DNA from: Actinomycetota bacterium
GTDB lineage: Bacteria; Actinomycetota; Geothermincolia; Geothermincolales; RBG-13-55-18
Length of the DNA: 64,000 nt
Direction of reading: 5' to 3'
Assembly: GCA_013178005.1 (NCBI GenBank)
Contig: JABLXL010000002.1
Coordinates: 15,220 to 79,219, forward strand
Part shown: piece after piece, positions 22,401 through 32,583 of the stretch
Numbering within the stretch: the stretch's first letter is position 1
How the letters are laid out: the number at the start of each line of letters is the position of its first letter
Made by a program: the position numbers and the translations under genes
Notes under the pieces: generated by a model
What the model saw: only the letters and a program-made list of their open reading frames with translations
Database searches by the model: none
What the model was told of the DNA's origin: nothing

Positions 22401-24899
22401 ATGGCTTTTTTCGCGCGGCTCTGCAGGGACCATGCCGTGGCGGTGGTACTCGTCTGCCTCATCGTCACCTTGCCGGTGGCGGTGGGCATCTCCTTCCTCG
22501 AGGTAAGGGCGGGGCAGAAGGACCTCATACCCAGTAAATACGAGACCTCACGCACGCTGCGCCAGGTCAACGAGCTCTTCGGCGGCACCACCATGGAAAC
22601 CCCCATGGTGGAAAGCGATTCTCTGCTCGCCTACCCCATGATCAAGAAATTCCTCCTCTTGGAGGACGAGATGGCGGAGGCGATAGGCGACAATAACTAC
22701 GTCTACATGGAGCACTACCTCACCGCCTTCGCGCGCAACGCACTCGAGGAGGCGAAGAAGCAGTACGGCCCCCTTGTGAGCGATATCGCCACCATACTCA
22801 AGTTCGGGGAGGGGACGCAGGTGCCCGATCCGGCCGACCCTTCGCGGAGCAAGCCCTTTGAGGAGGTCATCGAGGACGGCGTTGCCCAGTACCTCTCCAA
22901 CCCCGTGGCCAGCAAGTGGACGGTGGAGAAAAAAGGCCAGGCGCTGCTCTCCGAGGACGGGAGGTATGCGCAGATCATCATCAAGATCAACCCGGACCTC
23001 GATTCGCCCCAGCGCAAGGCCCTGGCGACCAGGATGGAGGATTTCTTCCACGCCTATTTCGAGGGAGGGGAGGCGCCGGCCACCGTTTACGTGAGCGGCG
23101 ACCCCTCCATCGACAAGGACCTGGAGAACTACGTCTATTCCAGCACCTGGCTGCTGGCGGTTCTCGCGCTCATCGTGCTGGTCACCCTGCTCTTCATCAC
23201 CTTCCAGAGGTTGACCGACGTGGTCTTACCCCTGGCGGTGATCGTGCTCTCCACCATATGGATCTACGGCCTCATGGGGTGGGTGGGTTACCCGTTCACG
23301 GTGATCTCGGCCATCATCGGTCCCCTGGTGCTGGGGATAAGCCTGGGGAACGTGGTCTACATGATGGGGCGCTTCTACGAGGAGTTCGGCATCGAGGGCC
23401 GTCCCCGGGAGGCGGCGTACAGGTCCGTGATCACCGTGGGAGTGGCCGTCTTCCTCGCCTGTATCACCACCGTGTTCGGTTTCACCTCTTTCCTCCTCTC
23501 CGATTTCGATATCCTGCGGGAGTTCGGGATCATGTCCGGGGTGGGCATAGCGGTTTGCTTCCTGTTCAGCGTGACCTTCCTGCCCGCCCTCATGATCATG
23601 CGCGAGGAGAGGAGGCAGCGCAGGGGATACACGGCCCCCCGTGGGGTGGAGATATTCTCTCCCAGCAATAACCGGCGCATCGACCGCGGCCTGGGCGGCC
23701 TCGCCTCCCTCTCCCAGCACCGCCCCGGCGCGGTGGTGGTGGTGTACGGCTTCATCGTGCTCATCTGCGTCATGGGCGCCTTCCGCCTCACCACCACCCC
23801 GGACCTGCGGGCGCTCGCGCCCCAGGACATCCCCTCGCTGCAGGCGCAGTACCTGCAGGAATCGATCTTCGGCGGAGTGCAGCAGGACGTCATCCTCCTC
23901 ACGGGAGACGTCATGGAGCCCCGCGCCCTGGCGGCCATGATAAAGTTCCAGGAGAAGATCTCCGCCACGCCTTATTTCAGCGAAAATGGAAGCTCAAGCC
24001 TGGGGGAGCTCCTGCGCGATTACCGCGTCGAGATGGGAAAGGCCGGTCCCGAGGACGGCCCGGAGGCCGCGCTTCCCGCTACCAAGGCCGAGGCGGAGGA
24101 GACGCTGGCGGAGCTTGAATCGCTCATGGGGTCCCAGGACGGGAAGCTTGTCTCCGGGGACCACCGCGCGGCCCTCATCTCCATTTTCAGCGAAGGAGCC
24201 AAGAGCAACCGGGAGATGATGGACAAGGACCGCATCCTGACCGAGGCCGCCGAGGAGGCCTTCGGCGCCACCGCTTTGAGCTGGCGAGTGGGGGGCATCA
24301 CTCCGCTCACGGCCGACATGCTGGGGAATTTGGTACCCACTCAGGTCTGGACGGCCGTCCTCGCCCTGTGTCTCTCGGCGCTGGTGCTGGTGTTGATCTT
24401 CCGCTCCCTGACCTTCGGGCTCGCCACCCTCTCGGTGCTGGTCGCGGGGATAGCGGTGGAGCTCGGCTTTCTGTCCCTCATGGGGTGGACCCTGGACATG
24501 ATGACCGTGCTCATATCCTCCCTCATCATCGGCATGGGCATCGACTACGGGATACACATCACCCATCGCTTCATAGAGGAATACGAGCCCGGGGAGGTCA
24601 GCGTGGCGGACGCTTTAAGGTCCTGCGTGACCAGGGTGGGAAAGCCGCTCCTGGCCAGCGCCGTCTCCACGGCGGGCGCCTTCCTGGTGGTGTCCTTTTC
24701 GCGCATGGCGCCCATACGCCGCTTCAGCCTGGTTACGGCGCTTTCGCTCCTGGCGTCCCTTGCAGCGAGCCTGCTGGTGCTTCCCTCCATCATCACCTTG
24801 ATCGCCAGGCGCCACCTGCTGGTGAGGGAGGGGGCGCCCTCGGAGGCGCACGACCTCACCCCCGCGGGGGCGGACGCCGCGGGAGGCGCCAAGGGCTAA
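22401..24899 (+). CDS. MMPL/RND superfamily transporter
   Basis: Two-fold architecture of TM bundle plus extracytoplasmic loop; GMGIDYGIH motif. Confidence 0.88.
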   Translation: MAFFARLCRDHAVAVVLVCLIVTLPVAVGISFLEVRAGQKDLIPSKYETSRTLRQVNELFGGTTMETPMVESDSLLAYPMIKKFLLLEDEMAEAIGDNNYVYMEHYLTAFARNALEEAKKQYGPLVSDIATILKFGEGTQVPDPADPSRSKPFEEVIEDGVAQYLSNPVASKWTVEKKGQALLSEDGRYAQIIIKINPDLDSPQRKALATRMEDFFHAYFEGGEAPATVYVSGDPSIDKDLENYVYSSTWLLAVLALIVLVTLLFITFQRLTDVVLPLAVIVLSTIWIYGLMGWVGYPFTVISAIIGPLVLGISLGNVVYMMGRFYEEFGIEGRPREAAYRSVITVGVAVFLACITTVFGFTSFLLSDFDILREFGIMSGVGIAVCFLFSVTFLPALMIMREERRQRRGYTAPRGVEIFSPSNNRRIDRGLGGLASLSQHRPGAVVVVYGFIVLICVMGAFRLTTTPDLRALAPQDIPSLQAQYLQESIFGGVQQDVILLTGDVMEPRALAAMIKFQEKISATPYFSENGSSSLGELLRDYRVEMGKAGPEDGPEAALPATKAEAEETLAELESLMGSQDGKLVSGDHRAALISIFSEGAKSNREMMDKDRILTEAAEEAFGATALSWRVGGITPLTADMLGNLVPTQVWTAVLALCLSALVLVLIFRSLTFGLATLSVLVAGIAVELGFLSLMGWTLDMMTVLISSLIIGMGIDYGIHITHRFIEEYEPGEVSVADALRSCVTRVGKPLLASAVSTAGAFLVVSFSRMAPIRRFSLVTALSLLASLAASLLVLPSIITLIARRHLLVREGAPSEAHDLTPAGADAAGGAKG

Positions 24900-24907
24900 A
24901 GGTACGG

Positions 24908-25843
24908 TCAGCTCAGTTTAAGCAGCCGCGCGAAGGCCTTGCCCATGATTATCTCTATCTCCTCCGGGGTGAAGGAGACCTCCGGGCAACAGCTCAGATC
25001 GGGCTCAGTGACCGCCTTGACCCATGTCCCCCACGGGCAGAGCACGTTGAGGTAAGGCCCGTCGGTGCCGAAGAACACCCGCCAGGGGCCCACCTGGTCG
25101 AGCACCCGGCGCAACATGCGGTAGAAATCCTGGGGATGGCTGTTGTACCGCATCTGCCAGCCGGAGAAATCGAGATAGATGTTCGGCTTTATCTCCGCCA
25201 CCAGCAAGGCCTCCTCCCACATGGAATGGGCACAATGGGCCATGATGATGGGAAGATCCGGAAAGTCAGCAGCCACGTCGTCCACGTAGATGGGCTGGGT
25301 GAAACGGAACTTCATGGGCGCGGGCTGGCTGCCGGTGTGGAAGAGCACCGGTATCCCGTACTCCATGCACTTCTCGTAATAAGGGTAGGCGGCGGGATCG
25401 TAGGGGTAGTAGCCCGTGGTGGGGTGGAGCTTCAACCCCCTCATGCCCCAGTCCTCGACCGCCCGCTTGAAGAGGTCCAGTCCCTCGGGACGGCGCGGAT
25501 CGATGGCGAAGAAGGATACCAGGCGATCGGGATGGCGTTTCGCGGCCTCGGCCACCATGCGATTCTGGTCCTCGATGGAGACCGGCGGTTCGCCGGTGGC
25601 GAGCCCGTAGTCCACGGCGAAGACGCAAGCCATGTCCACCCCCGCCTCGTCCATGTTGGCGACGGTCTTGTCTCCCGTGGTGTCGCTTATCACCGGCATG
25701 AGGCTGTCGATGAGCGCCGCCGCGTCGGGATACTCCCCCGTCATTTTCCCCATGGGCGCGGTGGCCACCCTCGCCATGCCGATGAAGAAACTGCGATCGA
25801 TCCAGTCTTCCGCCACCAGATGCACGTGGCTGTCGATGATCAT
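24908..25843 (-). CDS. Amidohydrolase_2 family protein
   Basis: IIDSHVH, GLKLHP, FHTG, IMAH and FGTDGP motifs. Confidence 0.88.
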   Translation of the reverse strand: MIIDSHVHLVAEDWIDRSFFIGMARVATAPMGKMTGEYPDAAALIDSLMPVISDTTGDKTVANMDEAGVDMACVFAVDYGLATGEPPVSIEDQNRMVAEAAKRHPDRLVSFFAIDPRRPEGLDLFKRAVEDWGMRGLKLHPTTGYYPYDPAAYPYYEKCMEYGIPVLFHTGSQPAPMKFRFTQPIYVDDVAADFPDLPIIMAHCAHSMWEEALLVAEIKPNIYLDFSGWQMRYNSHPQDFYRMLRRVLDQVGPWRVFFGTDGPYLNVLCPWGTWVKAVTEPDLSCCPEVSFTPEEIEIIMGKAFARLLKLS

Positions 25844-26134
25844 CGCGCATCACCCCTTTCGCTTGCGAAGCCCTCAGCCGATAGGGAAAGTATATGCCCA
25901 AGCCGGCCGGGGATAAAGGGCGCTCCCGGCGCAAGGCATGGAAATGGCATGCGAGCGGTAATAATATGGTGGAAGGAGGCGTTCAGGTTAAGGCAGCGTG
26001 AACGTCATCTTCACGGACGGAGGATGCGGCCGGCCACCCTCCGGGATGAAAAGTCCCCCGGAGGGGTTGGCGCCGCGATGTGGGACATGCGGTTTGTGGG
26101 ATGGCGGTGAGAACGATGAAGGGAGCTGCGAGGA

Positions 26135-27148
26135 ATGCTCGGTATCTACTTCGATGACGGCCTGAAACTGAGGGACGACCTTCCCGATCCCGAGCCCGGC
26201 CCGGGCGAGGCGCTGATAAAGGTAATGGCCGCGGGCATCTGCCATACCGACCTGGAGATAGTCAGGGGCTACATGCATTTCAGGGGGATCATGGGGCACG
26301 AGTTCGTGGGGGTGGTGGAGGCCGCCGACGATCCCGAGCTGGTGGGCAAGCGGGTGGTGGGAGAGATCAACTGCTGGTGCGGCCTGTGCCCGTTGTGTAT
26401 CGAGGGGAAGACCAGCCATTGCGCGCAGCGCACCACCCTGGGGATCAGCGGCCGCGACGGAGTGTTCGCGGAATACGTGGCCCTTCCCGTGGCCAACCTG
26501 CACGTCGTCCCCGACACCATGCCCCTTTACTCCGCCGTCTTCGTGGAGCCCCTCGCGGCCTGCTTCCGCATCCTGGAGCAGGTGCACATCAACCCCAAGC
26601 TGGGCGTTGCCGTGCTGGGCGACGGGAAACTCGGTCTGCTCGCCGCGCAGGTCCTGCGCCTGACGGGCTGCCGATTGCTGGCCATTGGCAATTATCCCCA
26701 TAAACTGAAGATCCTCGACCGCCTTGGCGTAAGGACAGCCCTGCAGAAGGAGATCGACGGCGGGGAACGATTCGACGTGGTGGTCGAGTGCACGGGGAGG
26801 CCGGAGGGCTTCGAGCTGGCGCGCTCCCTGGTGGACCCGGGCGGGACCATCGTGCAGAAGAGCACCTACGTGGAGTCGCTAAACGTGGATATCTCCCGCT
26901 TGGTGGTGGACGAGATAAAGGTGGTGGGCTCCCGGTGCGGGCCCTTCGAGCCGGCCATCCGCGCTCTCATGCGGGGACTGGTGGAGGTGCAGGAGCTCAT
27001 CGACCGAAGGTTTCCCCTGGAAATGGGCCTGCAGGCCTTCGAATACGCCATGAGGGACGAGTCGCTGAAGGTGATCCTGGAGATGAGGACCTACCCGGCG
27101 GAAGGCTTGAGGCGCCCCGGCGAGCTTGAGGAAGAGCCGGTCATCTGA
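26135..27148 (+). CDS. Zinc-dependent alcohol dehydrogenase (MDR family)
   Basis: GICHTD, GHEFVG, C..C..C structural zinc site, LGDGKLG and GSRCGPF motifs. Confidence 0.9.
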   Translation: MLGIYFDDGLKLRDDLPDPEPGPGEALIKVMAAGICHTDLEIVRGYMHFRGIMGHEFVGVVEAADDPELVGKRVVGEINCWCGLCPLCIEGKTSHCAQRTTLGISGRDGVFAEYVALPVANLHVVPDTMPLYSAVFVEPLAACFRILEQVHINPKLGVAVLGDGKLGLLAAQVLRLTGCRLLAIGNYPHKLKILDRLGVRTALQKEIDGGERFDVVVECTGRPEGFELARSLVDPGGTIVQKSTYVESLNVDISRLVVDEIKVVGSRCGPFEPAIRALMRGLVEVQELIDRRFPLEMGLQAFEYAMRDESLKVILEMRTYPAEGLRRPGELEEEPVI

Positions 27149-27321
27149 GCGGTGGGGACACCGGCGACATCGTTCCTCGACATCCGCGACGAAGAAAGCG
27201 TGTCCCGTGCGGGAAGTCCCGTCCCCTGGCCGCACCACGGCGCGTTTTTCTGGCGCGGTGGTCAGAGAAAAGAGGGCTGAACGAGAAGGCATCGCGAGGA
27301 CATCACGAGGGAGGAAAGTTC

Positions 27322-29022
27322 ATGAGCGTCGAAGGTCTTTTAGCCGTGGCGAGAGGGGAGGCGGAGGCGGACCTGCTCCTCGCCGGGGCGAGGGTTGTGG
27401 ACGTCTTCCGGAGCCGGGTGGTGGAGGAAAGCGTGGCCGTGCACGGCGGCAGGATAGCGGGCTTCGGGGAAAGGAGGGCGAAGGAGAGGGTGGACCTGGG
27501 GGGAGCGTTTCTCTGCCCCGGCTTCATCGACGGCCACGTGCACATCGAGTCCTCCATGGTGAGCCTGCCCGAGTACGCGCGCGCGGTGGTGCCCTGCGGG
27601 ACTGTCGCCGTGGTCACGGACTACCACGAGATCGCCAACGTGCTGGGCGTGGAGGGCCTGCGCTACATGATGCGCGCGGGCGAGGGTCTACCCCTGGGCG
27701 TGTACGTCATGCTCCCCTCATGCGTGCCCGCCACCCCCATGGAGACGGCGGGCGCGGTCCTGGAGGCCGAGGACCTGGTGCCCCTCCTGGAGGAGAAAGC
27801 GGTTATCGGTCTGGGAGAGGTGATGAACTTTCCCGGGGTTATAAACGGGGACCCGGAGGTGATGGCCAAGCTCTCCGCTTGCGCCGGACTTCCCATCGAC
27901 GGGCACGCCCCTGGGCTTTCCGGGGAATCGCTGGACGCGTACATCGCCGCCGGGGTGCAGTCGGACCACGAGTGCGTCTCCGCGGAGGAGGCGCGGGAGA
28001 AACTCGGCAAGGGCATGTTCATCTACGTCCGCGAGGGCTCCACGGCGCGGAACCTCGAGGCGCTGTTGCCCATCGTGGACGGGGCTTCCCAGGAACGTTG
28101 CCTTTTCGTGACCGACGACCGCCAGCCGGGGGACCTGCTCGGGGGAGGCCACATGGACGCGGTGCTGCGGAAGGCGGTGTCCTTAGGGCTTGATCCCTTG
28201 ATGGCGGTGCGCATGGTGACCCTAAACGCAGCGAACCGCTTCGGGTTGAGGGGATATGGGGCGGTCGCGCCGGGATTCAGGGCTGACCTGGTCGTCCTGG
28301 AGGACCTCGAGGGGTTCCGGGTGAGGAAGGTGTACAAGGGTGGGGTTCTGGTGGCCGAGGAGGGCGCGTTCCTGCCCGAGGTGGAGCCCGGTCCACCCAC
28401 GCCGGGAAGCATGAACATCGCCTGGGAGAAGGCGGGTGGCATCGCCGTGCGGGCCGAGGGAGACGAGATGCTGGTCATCGGGGTGGTGACGGACCAGATA
28501 ATCACCCTGAAATTGCGGGAGAAGCCCAGGGTTGAGGATGGGGTTGCGGTGAGCGACCCCGCCCGGGACCTGCTCAAGATATGCGTATTCGAGAGGCACA
28601 GGGGCACCGGCAACGTGGGAATCGGCTTTATCAAGGGATTCGGGCTCAGGGAGGGAGCCCTGGCCTCCACGGTGGCTCACGATTCCCATAACCTGCTGGC
28701 GGTGGGCGCTTCGGACGAGGAGATACTAGCGGCGGCGCGGGCAGTGGAGAGGATGGGTGGCGGCCAGGCGGTGGTGCGGGGAGAAAGGGTGCTGGCGGAA
28801 CTCCCCCTGGACGTGGCGGGCCTCATATCTACCCTTCCCCTGCACGAGGTGAAGGAACGCGTGATCTCACTACAGGACGCGGCGCGGTCCCTGGGCTGCC
28901 CCTTGCCGGAGCCCTTCATGACCCTTTCCTTCATGGCCCTGCCGGTGATCCCGGAGCTGAAGATCACCGATAAGGGCCTGTTCGACGTGGGTTCCTTCCG
29001 CCACGTGCCGCTTTTTTCCTAG
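27322..29022 (+). CDS. ade: Adenine deaminase
   Basis: PGFIDGHVHIESS, HEIANV, EVMNFPGV, DGHAP, DHEC, TDD, AHDSHN and LPVIPELKITD motifs. Confidence 0.93.
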   Translation: MSVEGLLAVARGEAEADLLLAGARVVDVFRSRVVEESVAVHGGRIAGFGERRAKERVDLGGAFLCPGFIDGHVHIESSMVSLPEYARAVVPCGTVAVVTDYHEIANVLGVEGLRYMMRAGEGLPLGVYVMLPSCVPATPMETAGAVLEAEDLVPLLEEKAVIGLGEVMNFPGVINGDPEVMAKLSACAGLPIDGHAPGLSGESLDAYIAAGVQSDHECVSAEEAREKLGKGMFIYVREGSTARNLEALLPIVDGASQERCLFVTDDRQPGDLLGGGHMDAVLRKAVSLGLDPLMAVRMVTLNAANRFGLRGYGAVAPGFRADLVVLEDLEGFRVRKVYKGGVLVAEEGAFLPEVEPGPPTPGSMNIAWEKAGGIAVRAEGDEMLVIGVVTDQIITLKLREKPRVEDGVAVSDPARDLLKICVFERHRGTGNVGIGFIKGFGLREGALASTVAHDSHNLLAVGASDEEILAAARAVERMGGGQAVVRGERVLAELPLDVAGLISTLPLHEVKERVISLQDAARSLGCPLPEPFMTLSFMALPVIPELKITDKGLFDVGSFRHVPLFS

Positions 29023-29028
29023 GGCGGC

Positions 29029-29389
29029 GGCCGGCGCGGGAGGCGGGAACGCATGTGCGACCAGCCGCGCGCGAGGTTGAGCAGGCCGGCCAGGGCGATG
29101 ATCCCGGCGGTGAGCAGGCGGAGGTTGCGCCCGCGGGAGAGGAAAGCCGACGCTTCCTCGACGGCCCGGCGCAACGGGTCAAGGAAGAATCAACATCGTC
29201 GCCGATTCGGGAGGGGTTGTAAGGCTCAGGAATCAGGCCGGCGCGGGAGGCGGGAACGCATGCCGACCAGCCGCGCGCGAGGTTGAGCAGGCCGGCCAGG
29301 GCGATGATCCCGGCGGTGAGCAGGCGGAGGTTGCGCCCGCGGGAGAGGAAAGCCGACGCTTCCTCGACGGCCCGGCGCAACGGGTCAAG
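29029..29389. repeat. ~155-bp direct duplication of the 3' part of a small minus-strand gene
   Basis: 29029-29183 versus 29236-29389; copies differ at CATGTGCGACC/CATGCCGACC (net 1-nt indel); 52-bp spacer. Confidence 0.9.
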
Positions 29390-29521
29390 CGATGAGCCCA
29401 TGTCGTCGCTGAGGTGGGTGAAGGTGCCCAACTGCAACCGCGCCGACTTGACGCCTGAAAGAACCTCCTCGAGCGTTTCGGCCGCTTCGCCGCCCCTCAA
29501 GCGGCCCATGAGCTCCGACAT
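29226..29521 (-). pseudogene. Small hypothetical membrane protein with an apparent frameshift near its 3' end
   Basis: GAGGAGGAAGGG-ATG at 29521; MSELMGR...LLTAGIIALAGLLNLARGWS. The downstream duplicate continues in frame as HMRSRLPRRPPP*, whereas this copy has lost 1 nt. Confidence 0.45.
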
Positions 29522-29718
29522 CCCTTCCTCCTCTCCGGAACGCCGCCCAGGGCTTACAACCATCAATTCTATGCCGGGCGCCCCTTTTCGCCCAGGCGTT
29601 ACCCCGGAGATGGCCCTGTGATATACTTTTAGCGCCGCCGCCGGCGGCCGTCCTAAGGGGTATTTCACGGACAGCTTTTCCGTCACATCGGAGGTCCTTG
29701 GCGCTAAAGGAGGTAGGA

Positions 29719-30603
29719 ATGGAGATCAAGAACGTCTTCGTAGTAGGTTCAGGCCTCATGGGGAGCGGCATCGCTCAGGTCAGCGCCTTTGCCGGTTACA
29801 AGGTGAAGATGCATGACGTGGAGGAGAAGTTCACCGCTAAGGGCATGGAGGCGATCAAGGCCTCCCTGGGGAAGTTCCTCTCCAAGGAGAAGATAACCCA
29901 GGAGCAGCACGACGCCGCCCTGGCCAATCTCTCCACCACCACCAGCCTCTCCGACGCGTCCGACGCCGACCTGGTGGTTGAGGCGGTGTTCGAGAAGCTG
30001 GAGGTTAAAAGCGAGGTATTCAAGACGCTCGACGAAGTGTGCCCCGAGCACACCATCCTGGCCACGAACACCTCGGCCATCCCCATATCCTCCATCGCGG
30101 CGGCCACGAAACGCCCGGACAAGGTGGTGGGCACGCATTTCTTCAGCCCCGTGCCCCTCATGCGCCTGTGCGAGATCATTCGCGGGCTGCAGACCTCGGA
30201 CGAGACCATGGAGGCGGCGGAGAAATGGGCGCAGTCGGTGGGCAAGGAAACCGTCCGCGTGCTCAAGGACCACGCGGGCTTCATCGCCAACCGGCTCTAT
30301 CTCCCCATGGGCATGGAGGCCGCCAGGATGCTCGAGGCGGGAGTGGCCACGCCGGAGGACATCGATAAGGCAATGCGGTTGGGTTACAACCTTCCCATGG
30401 GACCCCTGGAGCTAGCGGACATGACCGGCATCGACGTGCTCGCCAACGCCTGCATGGCCATCTATAACGATACCGGTGACCCCAAGTACTATCCCCCGCC
30501 GTTGATCCACCGCATGATAGCCTCCGGGCTGCTGGGAAGGAAGACGGGCAAGGGATATTACGACTACTCCAGCGGCAAGCAGGAGAGCTACTGGAAGGTG
30601 TGA
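29719..30603 (+). CDS. hbd: 3-hydroxybutyryl-/3-hydroxyacyl-CoA dehydrogenase
   Basis: VGSGLMGSGIA, VEAVFE, ATNTS, GTHFFSP, GFIANR, PMGPLELAD and GRKTGKG motifs. Confidence 0.9.
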   Translation: MEIKNVFVVGSGLMGSGIAQVSAFAGYKVKMHDVEEKFTAKGMEAIKASLGKFLSKEKITQEQHDAALANLSTTTSLSDASDADLVVEAVFEKLEVKSEVFKTLDEVCPEHTILATNTSAIPISSIAAATKRPDKVVGTHFFSPVPLMRLCEIIRGLQTSDETMEAAEKWAQSVGKETVRVLKDHAGFIANRLYLPMGMEAARMLEAGVATPEDIDKAMRLGYNLPMGPLELADMTGIDVLANACMAIYNDTGDPKYYPPPLIHRMIASGLLGRKTGKGYYDYSSGKQESYWKV

Positions 30604-30627
30604 GAACGGACCGGAAACGGGGTTGCT

Positions 30628-31515
30628 GTGCGCGAGGACAGGGGAGAGGTCGTCGTTGAGAGAAGGCCCCCGGCGGGATGGGTGGTCCTTTCCCGACCCG
30701 AGCGCATGAACGCCCTCTCGCCCGAATCGGTGCGCGTCCTTTGGAGGGCTTTGAGTGAGCTCGAGGCCGACCCGGAGATCAGGGCCATAGTGATCACGGG
30801 CGCCGGAGAGGCTTTCTGTGCGGGAATGGAGCTGGCCGGGCTGGAGGGCGGGACTCCCCTGGCGGCGCGACGGCGCTGCCGCGAGGTGCAGGCACTCACG
30901 GGACGTATCTCCGATGCTCCCCTCCCCGTGATCGCCGCCGTGAACGGGGTGGCGTTGGGAGCGGGACTGGAGCTCTGTCTAGCCTGCGATTTCGCCCTAG
31001 CGTCCGAGCGAGCCATGTTCGGTTTCCCCGAAACCAAGTTGGGCATGATCCCCTGCGGCGGCGGCACCCAGAGGCTGGCGCGCCTGGTCGGCTTGCGCAG
31101 GGCGGAGGAGCTTGTGCTCACGGGGCGCGTCCTGACGGCGGAGGAAGCCGGAGACTGGGGCCTGGTGAACCGGGTGACCGGAGAGGGCGCGCTTGAGCGG
31201 GAGGCGGATGAGCTGGCGCGAAGGCTTGCATCCTGCGGAAAGCTGGCCCTTTACCAGGCTAAGCGCTGCGTGAGACACGCCCCGGATATGGGCCTCGAGC
31301 GCGGGCTTGAATACGAGGCGGAGTGTTTCGCCACCTGTTTCTCGAGCGGTGAGCCAACGGCAGCCCTCAGGGGCTACGCCGCGCAGGCGGAGGCCGGAGG
31401 GAAGGAGGATATTCCTGCCTCGACGACGTCTGGAGGAAGCGAGGGTTCACATGCCGCCGCGAGGGAGGAGGCGGGCAGGAGGGAGAGCGGGGAGGAAGAC
31501 GACATATTCGAGTAA
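30628..31515 (+). CDS. Enoyl-CoA hydratase/isomerase
   Basis: RPERMNAL, AAVNGVALGAGLEL, FPETKLG and GGTQRL motifs. Confidence 0.88.
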   Translation: MREDRGEVVVERRPPAGWVVLSRPERMNALSPESVRVLWRALSELEADPEIRAIVITGAGEAFCAGMELAGLEGGTPLAARRRCREVQALTGRISDAPLPVIAAVNGVALGAGLELCLACDFALASERAMFGFPETKLGMIPCGGGTQRLARLVGLRRAEELVLTGRVLTAEEAGDWGLVNRVTGEGALEREADELARRLASCGKLALYQAKRCVRHAPDMGLERGLEYEAECFATCFSSGEPTAALRGYAAQAEAGGKEDIPASTTSGGSEGSHAAAREEAGRRESGEEDDIFE

Positions 31516-31723
31516 CTCCGCGTGGTCAGCGGGGTTATCTACCTCGGTCGGGAACGCGAAAAGCCGGCGTGGTTCGCGGTCGTTCAGGACAGGCCAAAAC
31601 CGAAACGTTGAGTAAGGGCAACGCACGGCGCGTCCGTGGCGCCTTGCCATGATGCCGGCCTTTGGGCGCGGAAGCCAACGGTTGCCTTTTGTCCCTGGAG
31701 GGATAGACATAGCGGGAGGTTGC

Positions 31724-32506
31724 ATGGAGTTCAAGTACCTGTTGGTGGAGACGGACGGCGAGGGCATCGCCACCATACGGCTCAACCGTCCCGAGGCCAG
31801 GAACGCCCTCAACCTGGAGCTCATCGCCGAGCTGGGAGAGGCGGCGGACATGCTGGCCAGGGACGAGGCCGTGCGGGCGGTGATCGTTACAGGCGGCGAG
31901 GAGAACTTCGCGGCCGGAGGCGACATCAAGGAGATGTCGGGCAAGTACGCGCCCGATATGCTGAACGCGTACGGGGCCGATCTTTCCGGTTTCGAGAAGA
32001 TCGAGCGCATACCCAAGCCGGTGATCGCCGCGGTGAGCGGCTACGCCCTGGGCGGAGGCACGGAGCTCGCCCTGGTGTGCGACATGATCGTGGCCTCGGA
32101 GACGGCCGTCTTCGGCATGCCGGAGATCACCCTGGGCATAATCCCTGGCGCTGGGGGCACCCAGAGGCTCCCCCGCCTCGTAGGGCCCAACCGGGCCAAG
32201 GAGATGATCTTCACCGGGTCCTTCTACGACGCCCGGGCATGCCTGGAGATGGGCCTGGTGAACAAGGTGGTGCCGGTGGAGGAGCTCATGACGGAGGCCA
32301 GGGAGCTGGCGAGGCGATGCATCCGCAACGGGGCCGTGGCGCTGGCCTGCGCCAAGGCGTGCGTAAACGAGGGGATGAACCTCGACCTCTACTCCGGGCT
32401 GGCATACGAGCGGAAGTGCTTTTCCCTGCTCTTCTCCACCGAGGACCAGAAGGAGGGCATGGCCGCCTTCAAGGAGAAGCGCAAGCCGGAGTTCAAGGGC
32501 CGCTGA
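31724..32506 (+). CDS. Enoyl-CoA hydratase/isomerase
   Basis: LNRPEARNAL, FAAGGDI, ALGGGTEL, PEITLG and EGMAAFKEKRKP motifs. Confidence 0.92.
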   Translation: MEFKYLLVETDGEGIATIRLNRPEARNALNLELIAELGEAADMLARDEAVRAVIVTGGEENFAAGGDIKEMSGKYAPDMLNAYGADLSGFEKIERIPKPVIAAVSGYALGGGTELALVCDMIVASETAVFGMPEITLGIIPGAGGTQRLPRLVGPNRAKEMIFTGSFYDARACLEMGLVNKVVPVEELMTEARELARRCIRNGAVALACAKACVNEGMNLDLYSGLAYERKCFSLLFSTEDQKEGMAAFKEKRKPEFKGR

Positions 32507-32583
32507 ACGCGCGGCGGAGCCTGAAGGAACAAACCCAAGGCGCCCCTTTGCCTTATCCGTATGTTCGAAGGGAGGAACACCAC

